Counted from the stretch's first letter, positions 19,882 through 29,973 are shown. The stretch is 64,000 nucleotides of DNA from Capsulimonadaceae bacterium (GCA_965215505.1 OZ244065.1:1792001-1856000), one strand, 5' to 3'. The notes: generated by a model not told the origin, from the sequence alone. Numbers and translations are program-made.

Positions 19882-20694
19882 CTAGTTGCAGAGGCTCTTG
19901 TCGATGTACCAGTAGTACGGAGAGCCGTCCGTGTAGGCCGAGGACCTCATGTACTTGACGTGGCCGTCGTAGAACAGGTAGTTGTCGCCGGTGCCGCCAT
20001 GCAGCAGGCCCGGCGTATTGGACATGGTAGCGCTGCCCACCCAGGTGACAGGATGGTTGGGGTAGAACGTGCCGTTGATGTCCGTGTCCGCCGACTCCCA
20101 GATGTTGTAGTAGCCCATCTTGCCGGGAGGATTGTCGGTATTCGTCCGGTTGGTGGCGTCCATCATCATGATGGTATCTGAGGGAGAGGTGATCTGGGAC
20201 AGTGCATCCTTCGCCATGTCGCTGTTGTTGGCCTGTCCCGTGCTGAAAAAGTTCCCGTTCGAGGCCGCGATGATCGAGGCGTAAGCGTAGTCGATGCCGC
20301 CGCCGGGGTTGGTGGTCGTGCTGTAGCAGGTGTTGGGGTTGGTGAGACAGTCGTTCGCGCCGTTGTTGTCAAAATGCACGATCGAGTCCGGGCAGTGGAA
20401 AACGCCCTGAGCCTTGACGAACGGGTAGATCATCTCGGCGTAGGAGGTGCGGTCATTGGTAGCACCATTGAACTGGTAGGAGCCGCTGTACTGCTCGTCG
20501 GCGTCCTGGGAATACTGCGTCTCGGCAAGACCGAGCTGCTTGAGGTTCGAGGCGCAGGAGGCGCGGCGAGCGTTCTCCCTGACCTTCTGGAAGACCGGGA
20601 AGAGGATCGCCGCCAGGATCGCGATTATCGCGATGACGACAAGCAGTTCGATCAGGGTGAAGCCGCTCGACGGCTTCTGTTTGGAACGTGACAT
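19882..20694 (-). CDS. Prepilin-type N-terminal cleavage/methylation, DUF1559, H-X9-DG domain protein
   Basis: [33 protein letters not shown]..(X9)..DGHVK. Confidence 0.92.
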   Translation of the reverse strand: MSRSKQKPSSGFTLIELLVVIAIIAILAAILFPVFQKVRENARRASCASNLKQLGLAETQYSQDADEQYSGSYQFNGATNDRTSYAEMIYPFVKAQGVFHCPDSIVHFDNNGANDCLTNPNTCYSTTTNPGGGIDYAYASIIAASNGNFFSTGQANNSDMAKDALSQITSPSDTIMMMDATNRTNTDNPPGKMGYYNIWESADTDINGTFYPNHPVTWVGSATMSNTPGLLHGGTGDNYLFYDGHVKYMRSSAYTDGSPYYWYIDKSLCN

Positions 20695-20813
20695 GAGAGG
20701 ATACTCCTTCATCAACGTCGGGGCAGTGGTCTGCCTCCCTACTCAAGAGACGCAGCCGCTCTGGAATCGTTCAATCCAGGGCCTGATTGTCGTTTCCTGG
20801 GCTTGGTATCGAG

Positions 20814-20845
20814 AGTCTATCCCGCAAAGATGAAGGAGAGATGAA
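20814..20845 (-). promoter_or_regulatory. Promoter with 11-bp-period TTCATC direct repeats and TAGACT -10
   Basis: Plus-strand GATGAA at 20829 and 20840; -10 lies 9 bp downstream on the minus strand. Same layout as 23499-23552. Confidence 0.55.
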
Positions 20846-20866
20846 AGGCAAACTGAGAGGAGAGCG

Positions 20867-22540
20867 TCACGGGGCGAGCGCCTTCTGGACGGCATCGGAC
20901 AGCGCATCGCGCTGGCGCATCGTCCCCGAGGGATCGGCACGCAGCAGGCGCACCGTGTCCTCCTCCTGCTTCGCCTTATCCGGCCGGCCCAGGCGGGCGT
21001 AAAGGGCGGCGAGCTGCCGGTGCAGGCCGAGGTCCAGCGGTGTCTTGGCGGCGGCATCCGCCAGGGCATCCGCGCGCTGCCGGTCGGCCTGGAGGGACTG
21101 GGCGCGGGCTGCGGTCTGGGCGGCGAGGGGGGGCTTGCCCGCCCGCCCATAGGCGCGGGCCAGGACCAGCAGCAGCTTGGGGTCGTCGGGGGTGCGCGCG
21201 CGGGCGTCCTCGAACAGTGCGACCGCCTCGGCGGTGTGCCCATCGTCCAGCAGGATCTGGCCGAGCTGGACGTCGGCCAGCGGGTTGTGCGGGCTGAGGC
21301 GCAGGCTCTCGCGTGTCTGCGCTTCCGCCTCGGCGGTGCGGGCCGGCGTCGGGGCGGCGTCGCGCAGGATCAGGCCGAGCAGATAGTGGGCCAGGGCGTC
21401 ATCCGGGGCGGACTGGAGCCGGCGGCGCGTCTGGGTTTCGGCCTCGGCCATGCGCGAACTCTGGCGCAGGGCGTCGGCGTAGTCGTCTAGATAGTCGGTC
21501 CGGTTTGGGGCCAGGCGGGCGGCGCGGTCGAAGTCGGCGGCGGCCAGGGCCGGGCCGCGCATCCGGGCCTGGGTGCGTCCCATGCCGATCCAGGCGTCGG
21601 CGTCTCCAGAGGCGAGGGCCGTGGCACGCTGGTAGGCGGCCAGCGCCTGGGTGCTGAGGCCGCTCTGGAGCGAGGCGTTCCCGAAGCCGATCAGGGCGGG
21701 CAGCCAGTGCGGCCGGAGCTTCAGGCAGGCGAGGTACTGGAGGGCGGCCTGCGGCGCGTCGCCCGCCTGAGCGTCATAGTCGGCCAGGGCGAGCGTGGCG
21801 GCGGGCGAGTCGGGGGCCAGCGAGTGGGCGAGGGCGAGGACCGGCCCGGCTTCGGCCACGCGGTGGTCGCGCAACAGGGCTTCGCCCCAGAGGCGCTGCG
21901 CCTGGGCGTTGTTCGGCTGGGCGGCGGCCCAGGCCTGCCGGGTGGCGACGCCGCTCGACTCGGGGTGGAGCCGCCCCCACCACTCGGCCAGGCCGTTCAG
22001 TGCGCTCCCCCGCGCATACCGGGCGCGCAGCGGGCCGGGGCCGAGCGGGTCAATAGCGGCGGCGAGGGCGGCGGGCGGCGCGTCCGCATCGGTGACGCGC
22101 GCCCGTGCCAGGGCACCTTGCAGGGCGGTGGAGTCGGGCAGGGACTTCAGGCCCACGCGCAGGTCGGCGATGGCGCGGGGCCGGTCGCCGGCGGCGGCGG
22201 TGTTGGCGGCCAGAGCTTCCCAGGTGTCGTCGTTCCCCTCCCCCGCCGCGATGGCCCGGCGCAAGACGTCGGCTGCCGCGCCGTTCTCGCCCGCCGCCAT
22301 GCGGCCCGCGCCGACGAGGGCGAGCAGAGGGCCGTCGCCGGGGTCACTGTCGGCCTGCTGTTCCAGCGAAGGCAGGGAGGCCTCGCGGCGTGCTGTCTCG
22401 CGCCACATGCCGGGCAGGATCAGGACGACGGCCAGGGCGAGCAACAGGGCGACGGCCAAAAGCGCCGCCCCCCTCGTTCGGGAGAAGGGGCGGCGCTCGG
22501 TGGTCGGTATCCGGGAGGCCGGTGTCCGGGGAGGAGGCAT
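20867..22540 (-). CDS. Membrane-anchored tetratricopeptide repeat protein
   Basis: N-terminal TM and many TPR units (A...Y..AL.L.P, AHYLLG, LLLVLARAY). Confidence 0.85.
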   Translation of the reverse strand: MPPPRTPASRIPTTERRPFSRTRGAALLAVALLLALAVVLILPGMWRETARREASLPSLEQQADSDPGDGPLLALVGAGRMAAGENGAAADVLRRAIAAGEGNDDTWEALAANTAAAGDRPRAIADLRVGLKSLPDSTALQGALARARVTDADAPPAALAAAIDPLGPGPLRARYARGSALNGLAEWWGRLHPESSGVATRQAWAAAQPNNAQAQRLWGEALLRDHRVAEAGPVLALAHSLAPDSPAATLALADYDAQAGDAPQAALQYLACLKLRPHWLPALIGFGNASLQSGLSTQALAAYQRATALASGDADAWIGMGRTQARMRGPALAAADFDRAARLAPNRTDYLDDYADALRQSSRMAEAETQTRRRLQSAPDDALAHYLLGLILRDAAPTPARTAEAEAQTRESLRLSPHNPLADVQLGQILLDDGHTAEAVALFEDARARTPDDPKLLLVLARAYGRAGKPPLAAQTAARAQSLQADRQRADALADAAAKTPLDLGLHRQLAALYARLGRPDKAKQEEDTVRLLRADPSGTMRQRDALSDAVQKALAP

Positions 22541-22543
22541 GGC

Positions 22544-23350
22544 CTAGTTGCAGAGGCTCTTGTCGATGTACCAGTAGTACGGCGAGCCGTCGGTATAGCG
22601 CGAGGACTTCATGTACTTGACGTGGCCGTCATAGAACAGGTAGTTGTCGCCGTCGTGGCTGCCATGCAGCTTGCCGGGCGTGACCGGGTTCGTCGCGTTG
22701 CCGACCCAGGTGGAAGGGTGGTTCGGGTAGAACGTCCCGTTGATGTCCGTCTCCGGTGTTTCCCACACGTTGTAATAAGCATTACCGCCGCCCTTGCCGT
22801 TCCCGTCCATCATCATGATGGTGTCGGAAGGCGAGCCGATGCTGGACAGAGCATCTTTGGCCTGGTCGCTGCCGTTAGCCTGGCCCGTGTTGACCGAGAT
22901 GATCGCAGCGTAGGCATAGTCAATACCGCCGCCGGGGTTCGGCGGGATCGCACCCTGAGCCATCGTGCTGTAGCAAGTGTTCGGGTTCAGGTCACAGTCA
23001 TTAACGTTGTTCTGGCCGAAATGGGCGGTCGCATCCGGGCAGTGGAAGACGCCCTGGGCCTTGACGAACGGGTAGATCATCTCCGCGTAGGAGTTGCGCC
23101 GCCCGCCGAACTGCGGGGCGTTGTTAGGCTGGAAGGCACCGCTGTACTGCTCGTCGGCGTCCTGGGAATACTGCGTCTCGGCCAGGCCAAGCTGCTTGAG
23201 GTTCGAGGAGCAGGAGGCGCGGCGGGCGTTCTCTCGCACCTTCTGGAAGACTGGGAACAGGATGGCGGCGAGAATCGCGATGATGGCGATGACGACGAGC
23301 AGCTCGATCAGGGTGAAGCCGCTGCGCGGTTTCGGGGGTGAGTGGTGCAT
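22544..23350 (-). CDS. Prepilin-type N-terminal cleavage/methylation, DUF1559, H-X9-DG domain protein (paralog)
   Basis: [25 protein letters not shown]; highly similar to 19882-20694; AGGAG RBS. Confidence 0.92.
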   Translation of the reverse strand: MHHSPPKPRSGFTLIELLVVIAIIAILAAILFPVFQKVRENARRASCSSNLKQLGLAETQYSQDADEQYSGAFQPNNAPQFGGRRNSYAEMIYPFVKAQGVFHCPDATAHFGQNNVNDCDLNPNTCYSTMAQGAIPPNPGGGIDYAYAAIISVNTGQANGSDQAKDALSSIGSPSDTIMMMDGNGKGGGNAYYNVWETPETDINGTFYPNHPSTWVGNATNPVTPGKLHGSHDGDNYLFYDGHVKYMKSSRYTDGSPYYWYIDKSLCN

Positions 23351-23498
23351 TGAATCTCCTAGCGATGTCTTGGTAGAATGGGTGTCGTCCCTTCCTCGGC
23401 GTGCGAGGCACACTGGGCGGGACAGACCTCAGAAAAGACTGGAAAGGGCGTCATATCGAAAGACAACGGCGGCTTCGGACCCTCAGCCTGACTAGTCC

Positions 23499-23552
23499 AG
23501 TATACCCAGATTTGATGAAAATCAGATGAAAGCTGTATTAAATAAAGATTAA
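23499..23552 (-). promoter_or_regulatory. Promoter with four 11-bp-period repeats (Pho/OmpR-box-like) and TATACT -10
   Basis: Plus-strand GATGAA 23514, GATGAA 23525, TATTAA 23536, GATTAA 23547; -10 at 23499-23504. Confidence 0.6.
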
Positions 23553-23654
23553 ATTTAGAAGAGGGATGGTTCCACATGTTCCTTCCCACGCGCAGTCGTC
23601 CTGCGTTCATGCCGGGGAGAGGAGCAGACGGGACATTTCGGGTAGAATGAGAAC

Positions 23655-25031
23655 ATGACTAATGACGACAAGACGGGCGGCGCTCCGGCGGGCGGCGTCA
23701 CGCAGGACCCCGCCTACACGGCTGGACTGGAGTTCAGCCGGCGGGCCGAGTTCCCCGGCGCGATCGCCGCCTTTGAGGCGGCGATCGCCCGCTTCCCGGA
23801 AGACGCGGAGGGGCCGTACCAGCTCGGGCTGGCCTACCAGCGCCGGGCCGAGACCATCCTGCCGCCCGCCTTGCGCGAAAAGGGGGCGGGGACCGGGGTC
23901 GCGGACCTCGCCGCCTCCGTCCTGGGCCTGGGCGTCCTGGCCGCTTCGAAGGCGCTGGGGAACACCGACTGGATCGTGCAGTACCGCGAAGCCTTCCGGG
24001 CGTCCGTCGTGCAGTTCGAGCGGGCCATCATGCTGAGTCCCGACGACCCGCGCTTCCACCACGCGCTGGCCCTGTCGCTGCGGTATCTGGGGCAGACCGA
24101 GGCCGCCGCCGAGGCCGCCCAGGCGGCGTCCGCCCGCGCGCCCGGCGAGGCGGCCTACCGCGAGCGGGCGCAGTCACTGGACCAGGCGGCCCGGCGCGAG
24201 TCGCGCGGGGACAAGGGCACGTCACCGAACAACGTCACTTGGGACGACGTGGTCCTGCCCGCCCGGACCAAGCGCGAATTGAAGCAGATGCAGCTCCTTC
24301 TGGAGAACCCCAGCCTGTCGCGCGACCTGGGCATCGAGCCGCCCACCGGCCTGCTGCTGTACGGCCCGCCGGGCACGGGCAAGACGACCATCGCGCGGGT
24401 CCTGGCCCACGAGTCGCACTGCGCGTTCCTGGCGACCTCGCCCGCCGAAATCAACTCCATGTGGCTGGGAGAGAGTGAGAAGGCGGTCAAGAAGCTCTTC
24501 GACGAGGCGCGGGCGAAGGCCCCGGCCATCGTCTTCTTGGACGAGATAGACGCCCTGCTGCCCTCGCGTTCCGGGGGCGTGAACCAATACAGCGATAAGG
24601 TCGTCAACCAGTTCTTGCACGAGATGGACGGACTAATCAAGAACCGGCGCATCTTCGTGGTGGGCGCGACGAACCGGCGGGACATGCTGGACGCCGCCCT
24701 GCTGCGCGGCGGTCGCTTGTCGCGCGAGATCGAGATCCCCCTGCCCGACGAGCCGGCCCGGCGTCAGCTATTCGCCCTCAGCACAGCGGGCGCGCGGCTG
24801 GCCGACGACGTGGACCTGGACGAATTGGCGCAGCGGACCGACCGCTACTCGGGGGCGAACATCAAGGCGGTGGTCAACGAGGCGGGCTTGCAGGCACTCA
24901 TCCGTCTGTCCGAGGCCGGGGGCGAGGTGAAGCGGGTCCTGACTCGGGAGGACTTCGAGGAAGCCCTGTCGAACTTCACGCCGCCGCCCGTCGAGGAGGC
25001 ACCGAATCCATGGCGGATGTTCGGGGGATGA
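23655..25031 (+). CDS. TPR domain + classic-clade AAA ATPase (CDC48/FtsH-like module)
   Basis: N-terminal TPRs; GPPGTGKT, pore loop SMWLGE, FLDEID, ATNRRDMLDAALLRGGR. Confidence 0.9.
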   Translation: MTNDDKTGGAPAGGVTQDPAYTAGLEFSRRAEFPGAIAAFEAAIARFPEDAEGPYQLGLAYQRRAETILPPALREKGAGTGVADLAASVLGLGVLAASKALGNTDWIVQYREAFRASVVQFERAIMLSPDDPRFHHALALSLRYLGQTEAAAEAAQAASARAPGEAAYRERAQSLDQAARRESRGDKGTSPNNVTWDDVVLPARTKRELKQMQLLLENPSLSRDLGIEPPTGLLLYGPPGTGKTTIARVLAHESHCAFLATSPAEINSMWLGESEKAVKKLFDEARAKAPAIVFLDEIDALLPSRSGGVNQYSDKVVNQFLHEMDGLIKNRRIFVVGATNRRDMLDAALLRGGRLSREIEIPLPDEPARRQLFALSTAGARLADDVDLDELAQRTDRYSGANIKAVVNEAGLQALIRLSEAGGEVKRVLTREDFEEALSNFTPPPVEEAPNPWRMFGG

Positions 25032-25057
25032 TGCCGGCCTCCTTGTAAGGACGCCGC

Positions 25058-27838
25058 TTGCCGCGCCCTCCTTCGCGCCGGGCTGTTTTTTACTTCGCGC
25101 GCCCTTCCAAGATAGAAGGAAAAGAGGGCGCGGCAAGCGGTGCCCCCACGTCTTTGCATAGCCTAAAACATTACCCCACACGCCCCGCGCGCTGGCTCCG
25201 GCGCACCCGCCACTTCCTGTCCCAGACGCGGGCCGACCTGGGCCTGGCCGGCGGGACGCCGCCGGTCTGGCTGCGGGACAACCCGTTCCTCGCCAAAGCG
25301 GGCCGTACCGAAACCCGGCGGCTCGGGCTGCTGCTGCGGCTGGGCCTGACCGTCCTGCTCCTGGCCGGGCTGCTGCTGGGCGGCCTGGGGCTGGAGCGGA
25401 CTTACGGGCAGGCGGTGACGCGCATCGTGGGCTTCCTGTTCGGCATGACCTTCCCCGCCGCCCTGTTCGCCGTCCTCACGTTCATTCACGCCACCGTCGT
25501 GGCGGGCGTCCGCAACGCGCAGGCGACCTCGCTGGCCGATGAGGCGCGGCGGGGGACGCTGCCGGACCTGCTGCTGACGCCCCTGCGCCGGGCCGAGATG
25601 CTGCTGGCGATGGGGGCCGCGCCCGCCCGGACGGCCCTGCTGGTCGCCCTCGCCGGGCTGCCGGTCTACGTCCTGCTCGGCGAGTTCGGGGCATTGACGG
25701 CCGGCGACATTTTCTTCCTTTACCTGCTGTTCGCGCTCCTCAGCTACGCCCCGCCGCTCTACGCCCTCCCCGCGCTCGCGGGCGGGGCGATGACGCCCGA
25801 GACGGCTTTGGGCAAGTTCGGCCTGTCCCAGTCACGCCGCCCGGTCCGCACAGCCGGGTTCGGCAGCACGGGCGGATACATCATCTTCTCCATCTTCTCG
25901 GCCGGTCCCCTGCTCGGCATGATGCGGGGCGGCTGGCTGGGGCACGGGCTGGCGGCCCTGCACCTGCACCTCAACCCGTCCTTCTCGCTCTTCCTGTTCC
26001 TCGGCTGGCCGGTCTACGCCGTCCAGGTCCTGAGCGCCCGGCTGGACTTCTTCCACGGCACCGTCTCCCCGCTGGTCTACGCGCTGCCCCTGCTGGCGGC
26101 CCGCTGGGTCGCCTCCGCGCTCCAGTCGGCGGCGGCACTGTCGGCGGGCGACGCCGACGACATGGCCCGGCTGCCGCTGGCCTCGCGGGCGCGCACCGTC
26201 GCCCGGTGGACGGCGCGGGCGGCGGGCCTGTGCGCCCTGGCCATCCTCTGGCGCGGGTGCGTGGAAGGGGGGGACACGGCGGCCCTGGCGGGCGGGCCGT
26301 TCGGCGTGCCCGGCTGGGACGCGGCGGGGCTGCTGCTGCTGCTGGGCGGGATCGCCCTGCCGGCCGTCTGCGCCCGCGCCCTGGAAACGCCGCCCGGCCG
26401 CAAGGACTCCGCGCTGCGCCCCGCCCTCCTGGTCCTGCGCCGGGCGTTCCGGCGGTGCGCCCGGCCCCTGGCCCTTGCGGGCGGGATGTTTGGGCTGGCC
26501 TGCCTGCTGGGCGGCCTATCGCCGTTCGCCATGCCGGTCTACTCGGTCGCGGGCGAGCTGGCCCTGACGGCCGCGGCCACGGTCTTATGGGGTGTGGGCG
26601 TCCGCCGGGTCCTGCCGTCGGGCGGGCGGGTCGCCCGGAACGTCCTGCTGTATTTGCTGCCCGCCGCCGCCCTGGCCGCGCCGGTTCCGGGCGCATCCTG
26701 GCTGTCCGCCCTCAGCCCCGCCACGGCCTGGCTGCGGTTGTTCCCGGATGCGGCCGGGATGCTGTCCCGCTTCCCGCTGTACCACATCGCCGCGCCGCCG
26801 AGCTTCGCGGTGTGCCTGGCTGGGTCGGCGCTGGTGGGGGCGGTGGGGATGGCCGGGAGGCTTGTGCCGGCTGCCGCGCCGCAGGGCCGGGCACCTTTGC
26901 TGACCCGGCCGTCTTCCCCGGTCCGAGCCGCCTCCGAGGCGAGCGCCCCCCGCCACGCCGCCCGGACCGCCTCCCTGCTGGCCTGGGTGACGGCGCGCAC
27001 CGACAACCCCCTTTTCACCCACGAGGTCCGGACGCGCACCCGGTCGGGCCGGTGGCTGGACTGGCTCGTGGGCGGGCAGCTGCTCCTGCTGGCCGCCATG
27101 GTCGCCGGCCTGGCCTACCCCGACTTCCTGGAGGCGATGGCCGCCACCTCACCGCTGCACTTCTTCGGCAGCGGCGTCGTGAACCCCGGCGCGACGACCG
27201 GGCAGTACGGGATCGCGCGGGTCTGCCTGAACCTCGCCGCCCTGCTGCTGGCGGGGCAGTGCTACGCCCTGGGCTTCCGGGGTCAGATCATCGGCGAGGG
27301 GCTGATCGCGCGGGACCGGCAGCGGGGCATCTGGGGGTTCCTGCTGCTGACGCCCTTGACGGCGCCCCAGATCTTCTGGGGGAAGGTGTGGGGGCAGAGT
27401 TCCCCCGCCGGGGCGCTCTGGGCCGGGTGCGGTCTGGGCGGACTGCTGCTGTACGCCCTGACCATCCCCGCCGTCGGCCCGGTGCCGGCGCTGTGCGCCT
27501 GGCTGGTGGGTCAGGCCTTCGTCGCCTCCCTGTTCGTGCTGGGGCTTGCCTTCGGGGCGGCGCTATCCTCGTACCCAGTCTTTTTCAAGAACCTGCGCGG
27601 GATGGCCGCGCTGCTCTTCACCGCCGCCGTCGGGCTGGCGGTCTGGGCGCAGTTCGAGTGGCTGCCCTTCAGCCTGCCCGCCTGGGGGTCGGCGTCTGGC
27701 TGGAGCCTGCTGTCGGCCCGGCTGCTGCTGGGGATCGGGTACGCGGCGCTCCTGTCTGTCCCGCTGCTGGTGTTCGCGGAGCGGCGGGTGGCGGAGGTCC
27801 GGCGGAAGGACGTGGCGGCGGGGGATGGGGCGGGGTGA
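25058..27838 (+). CDS. Large polytopic membrane protein with two ABC-2 permease-like modules (start uncertain, possibly TTG 25154)
   Basis: Duplicated motifs DNP...RT..R and (E/D)..RG...LLLTPL...; many TM segments. Confidence 0.7.
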   Translation: MPRPPSRRAVFYFARPSKIEGKEGAASGAPTSLHSLKHYPTRPARWLRRTRHFLSQTRADLGLAGGTPPVWLRDNPFLAKAGRTETRRLGLLLRLGLTVLLLAGLLLGGLGLERTYGQAVTRIVGFLFGMTFPAALFAVLTFIHATVVAGVRNAQATSLADEARRGTLPDLLLTPLRRAEMLLAMGAAPARTALLVALAGLPVYVLLGEFGALTAGDIFFLYLLFALLSYAPPLYALPALAGGAMTPETALGKFGLSQSRRPVRTAGFGSTGGYIIFSIFSAGPLLGMMRGGWLGHGLAALHLHLNPSFSLFLFLGWPVYAVQVLSARLDFFHGTVSPLVYALPLLAARWVASALQSAAALSAGDADDMARLPLASRARTVARWTARAAGLCALAILWRGCVEGGDTAALAGGPFGVPGWDAAGLLLLLGGIALPAVCARALETPPGRKDSALRPALLVLRRAFRRCARPLALAGGMFGLACLLGGLSPFAMPVYSVAGELALTAAATVLWGVGVRRVLPSGGRVARNVLLYLLPAAALAAPVPGASWLSALSPATAWLRLFPDAAGMLSRFPLYHIAAPPSFAVCLAGSALVGAVGMAGRLVPAAAPQGRAPLLTRPSSPVRAASEASAPRHAARTASLLAWVTARTDNPLFTHEVRTRTRSGRWLDWLVGGQLLLLAAMVAGLAYPDFLEAMAATSPLHFFGSGVVNPGATTGQYGIARVCLNLAALLLAGQCYALGFRGQIIGEGLIARDRQRGIWGFLLLTPLTAPQIFWGKVWGQSSPAGALWAGCGLGGLLLYALTIPAVGPVPALCAWLVGQAFVASLFVLGLAFGAALSSYPVFFKNLRGMAALLFTAAVGLAVWAQFEWLPFSLPAWGSASGWSLLSARLLLGIGYAALLSVPLLVFAERRVAEVRRKDVAAGDGAG

Positions 27839-27839
27839 A

Positions 27840-28045
27840 CCTCTCCCCGGCGCGAGCGCCGACCCTCCCCTCGGAGGGAAGGGGGTGTGGTGGGGGCCAG
27901 GGCACCACTTGATAGGGGCTTGCCGTTGTCGGGCAGTCTTGTCGAAAAACCGCCCGAACGCAAGGGGCCATCAAGAAACGCGTCTCACCCCCCACCACAC
28001 CCCCTTCCCTCCGAGGGGAGGGTCGGCGCTCGCGCCGGGGAGAGG
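27840..28045. repeat. Perfect 57-bp inverted repeat doublet (CCTCTCCCC...GGGGAGAGG family)
   Basis: 27840-27896 is the exact reverse complement of 27989-28045. Confidence 0.92.
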
Positions 28046-28485
28046 ATCGGAAGTTCGGAGCGCGGCGGGGCGGCGATTAACTCCCGAGCCTTGGCCAGTA
28101 TCCGCCGCCGCACGGCGTTCAGGTCGGCCCGCAACGCGTCGTTGGGGAACCGCAGGACGGACAGCCCGTAAGCCTCCATCACCCGGTCCCGCTCCGCATC
28201 GTACTCCACCTGGTCATCGTGGATAGGCCCGTCCAACTCAACCACGAGCCGGGCGGCGTCGCAGAAGAAGTCCGCGATGAAGCCCTCGATGATCTGCTGC
28301 CGCCGGAAGTGCAGCCCGCCGAGACGGTTGGCCCGTACATGCCTCCAGAGGAGCCGTTCGCTGGGCGTCATCCGCCGCCGCAGTCGGATCGCCAGCGACC
28401 GCTTCAGGGCACTGTGGCCTGCGGTCACGATGAAGTGCCGGGAAAGTCGTTCGTGTACTGGCCTGTCCGTCGGTTTCTCGTCCAT
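27985..28485 (-). CDS. DUF559 (Vsr-like) endonuclease domain protein
   Basis: LRRRMTPSERLLW, FRRQ, FIADF, LVVELDGPIH, DAERD, LRFPN. Confidence 0.92.
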   Translation of the reverse strand: MDEKPTDRPVHERLSRHFIVTAGHSALKRSLAIRLRRRMTPSERLLWRHVRANRLGGLHFRRQQIIEGFIADFFCDAARLVVELDGPIHDDQVEYDAERDRVMEAYGLSVLRFPNDALRADLNAVRRRILAKARELIAAPPRSELPILSPARAPTLPSEGRGCGGG

Positions 28486-28502
28486 AAGTGCTGCCTCCTG
28501 AT

Positions 28503-28712
28503 CCTCTCCCCCGTCGCTACGCGCCGTCCCCTCCCCTCAAAGGGAAGGGTATGTGGTGGAAAGTTTGTTTGTTCCATCGAGTGCCTCGCCCTAACCGGGG
28601 GCAGTGTCCAAAAGACCTTTCGGTCACCGCAAACTCCCAGGAAGAGGTGCCCTGGCCCCTATTTACCCACCCTCCCCTTTGAGGGGGGGTCGGCGCTCAC
28701 GCCGGGGAGAGG
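28503..28712. repeat. Degenerate inverted repeat doublet of the same family, upstream of DUF559 (lone copy also at 14844-14892)
   Basis: cctctccccc...cctcccctcaaagggaaggg..gtggtgg at 28503 and the inverted copy ending ggggagagg at 28712. Confidence 0.8.
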
Positions 28713-28728
28713 ATCGGACACGAGAGGT

Positions 28729-29760
28729 TCAGTGCCCCAGCAGTGAGGACGTCCCGCCCTCGGGGGAGATGACGAACGGCTTCGGGACGCCGTAGCGCCC
28801 GCACAGGCTGCCGAGTTCGCCGTCCGCCGCCGAGCCGTCGGTGTTGACCTGGCCCTGCACCTGGGCGACGGCGCTCAGGTCGGGCAGGCCGTTCGAGTCG
28901 TGGTTGAGCAGGGCCACCTGCATCTTGGAAATGATCGTCGTGTAGTCGCCCAGGAACGTCAGATAGCGCCCGGCCAGCGGCGCGCAGGCGGGAGGGGGGG
29001 GCGTGGCCCGGAAGTCGCGGACCAGGCCCTGCCACTTCAGGGCGTACTGGGTGTAGCCCTGGCTGATGCGCTGGGTGTTCTGCTTGGCCGCCGCCTCCTT
29101 GGCTGCCTGATCCTTCGCCTCGTTCTCGCCCTCCGGGTCGTTGGAGATGTCCGGCATCCCCCCGCCCCCCATCCCGCCCATGCTTTCCGCAAGCCCCAGC
29201 ATCGCCGTAGCGCCCGCCGTGTCGTTGTTCATGGCGACCCGCCGCTGCTCGATCTGCTGCAAAAAGTTAAGATAGGCGGCGACATCGGGCGGCAGGGCCG
29301 GGCCGGGCGCGGTGGGGGCGTTTGTCAGGCCGGGACTCCGGACGGCCGGCGCGGTCGGAGCGTTGGTCAAGGCGGGCGCGGCGTTAGGCGGGGCGGCAGG
29401 GGCATTGGTGAGCGCGGGGGCGGCGGTCGGCGGGCTGACCGGGGCATTCGTCAAGGCGGGTGCCGGCACGGGCGGCGGTGCGGCAGAAGCAAGCATGTTA
29501 GACTGCTGATGCAGCCGGGCGGCGAGTAGGGCGACGCCGAGGGCCAGGACGAGCAGGGCGGCGAGCATACCTGGGACCAGCAGCCTGCGCGAGCCGGAGG
29601 CGGCGGCCTCGACCCCGCTGGCTGCGCCGAGCGGCGGGCGCGGGACGCGGGCCGGCAGGACGGTCGGCGCGGACCCGTCCAGGCGGGCGGCGCAGTTGGG
29701 GCAGAATCGGGCGGTCGAGGGGATCTCCTGGCCACATTCGGGGCAAAATCGGGCTGCCAT
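28729..29760 (-). CDS. Zinc-ribbon domain membrane protein with PALTNAP repeats
   Basis: GGAGG RBS, FCPECG...FCPNC, TM segment, 4x (A/G)LTNAP, helical C-terminus. Confidence 0.8.
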   Translation of the reverse strand: MAARFCPECGQEIPSTARFCPNCAARLDGSAPTVLPARVPRPPLGAASGVEAAASGSRRLLVPGMLAALLVLALGVALLAARLHQQSNMLASAAPPPVPAPALTNAPVSPPTAAPALTNAPAAPPNAAPALTNAPTAPAVRSPGLTNAPTAPGPALPPDVAAYLNFLQQIEQRRVAMNNDTAGATAMLGLAESMGGMGGGGMPDISNDPEGENEAKDQAAKEAAAKQNTQRISQGYTQYALKWQGLVRDFRATPPPPACAPLAGRYLTFLGDYTTIISKMQVALLNHDSNGLPDLSAVAQVQGQVNTDGSAADGELGSLCGRYGVPKPFVISPEGGTSSLLGH

Positions 29761-29865
29761 GTTCACCTCCCAAGGCGTACATCGGGGCTTACAAATGCTG
29801 TTGTCACTATACCGTGCTTTCTCCCCTTCCGTCAAGCGGCGCGCAGGAGATTCTTTCCGCGACCG

Positions 29866-29908
29866 TAGACGAAAAGAGCTATAAACGGGTATAATAGAAC
29901 AAGTGTTC
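29866..29908 (+). promoter_or_regulatory. Sigma70 promoter with Gram-positive-type LexA (SOS/Cheo) box
   Basis: TAGACG 29866-29871, 18-bp spacer, TATAAT 29890-29895, GAAC-AAGT-GTTC 29897-29908. Confidence 0.8.
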
Positions 29909-29973
29909 GTCAGACGTTCTGCCGGCCTTCAGACGACGTTTCTCCCGCTTCGGACCAACTAGGAACCCCGCCG

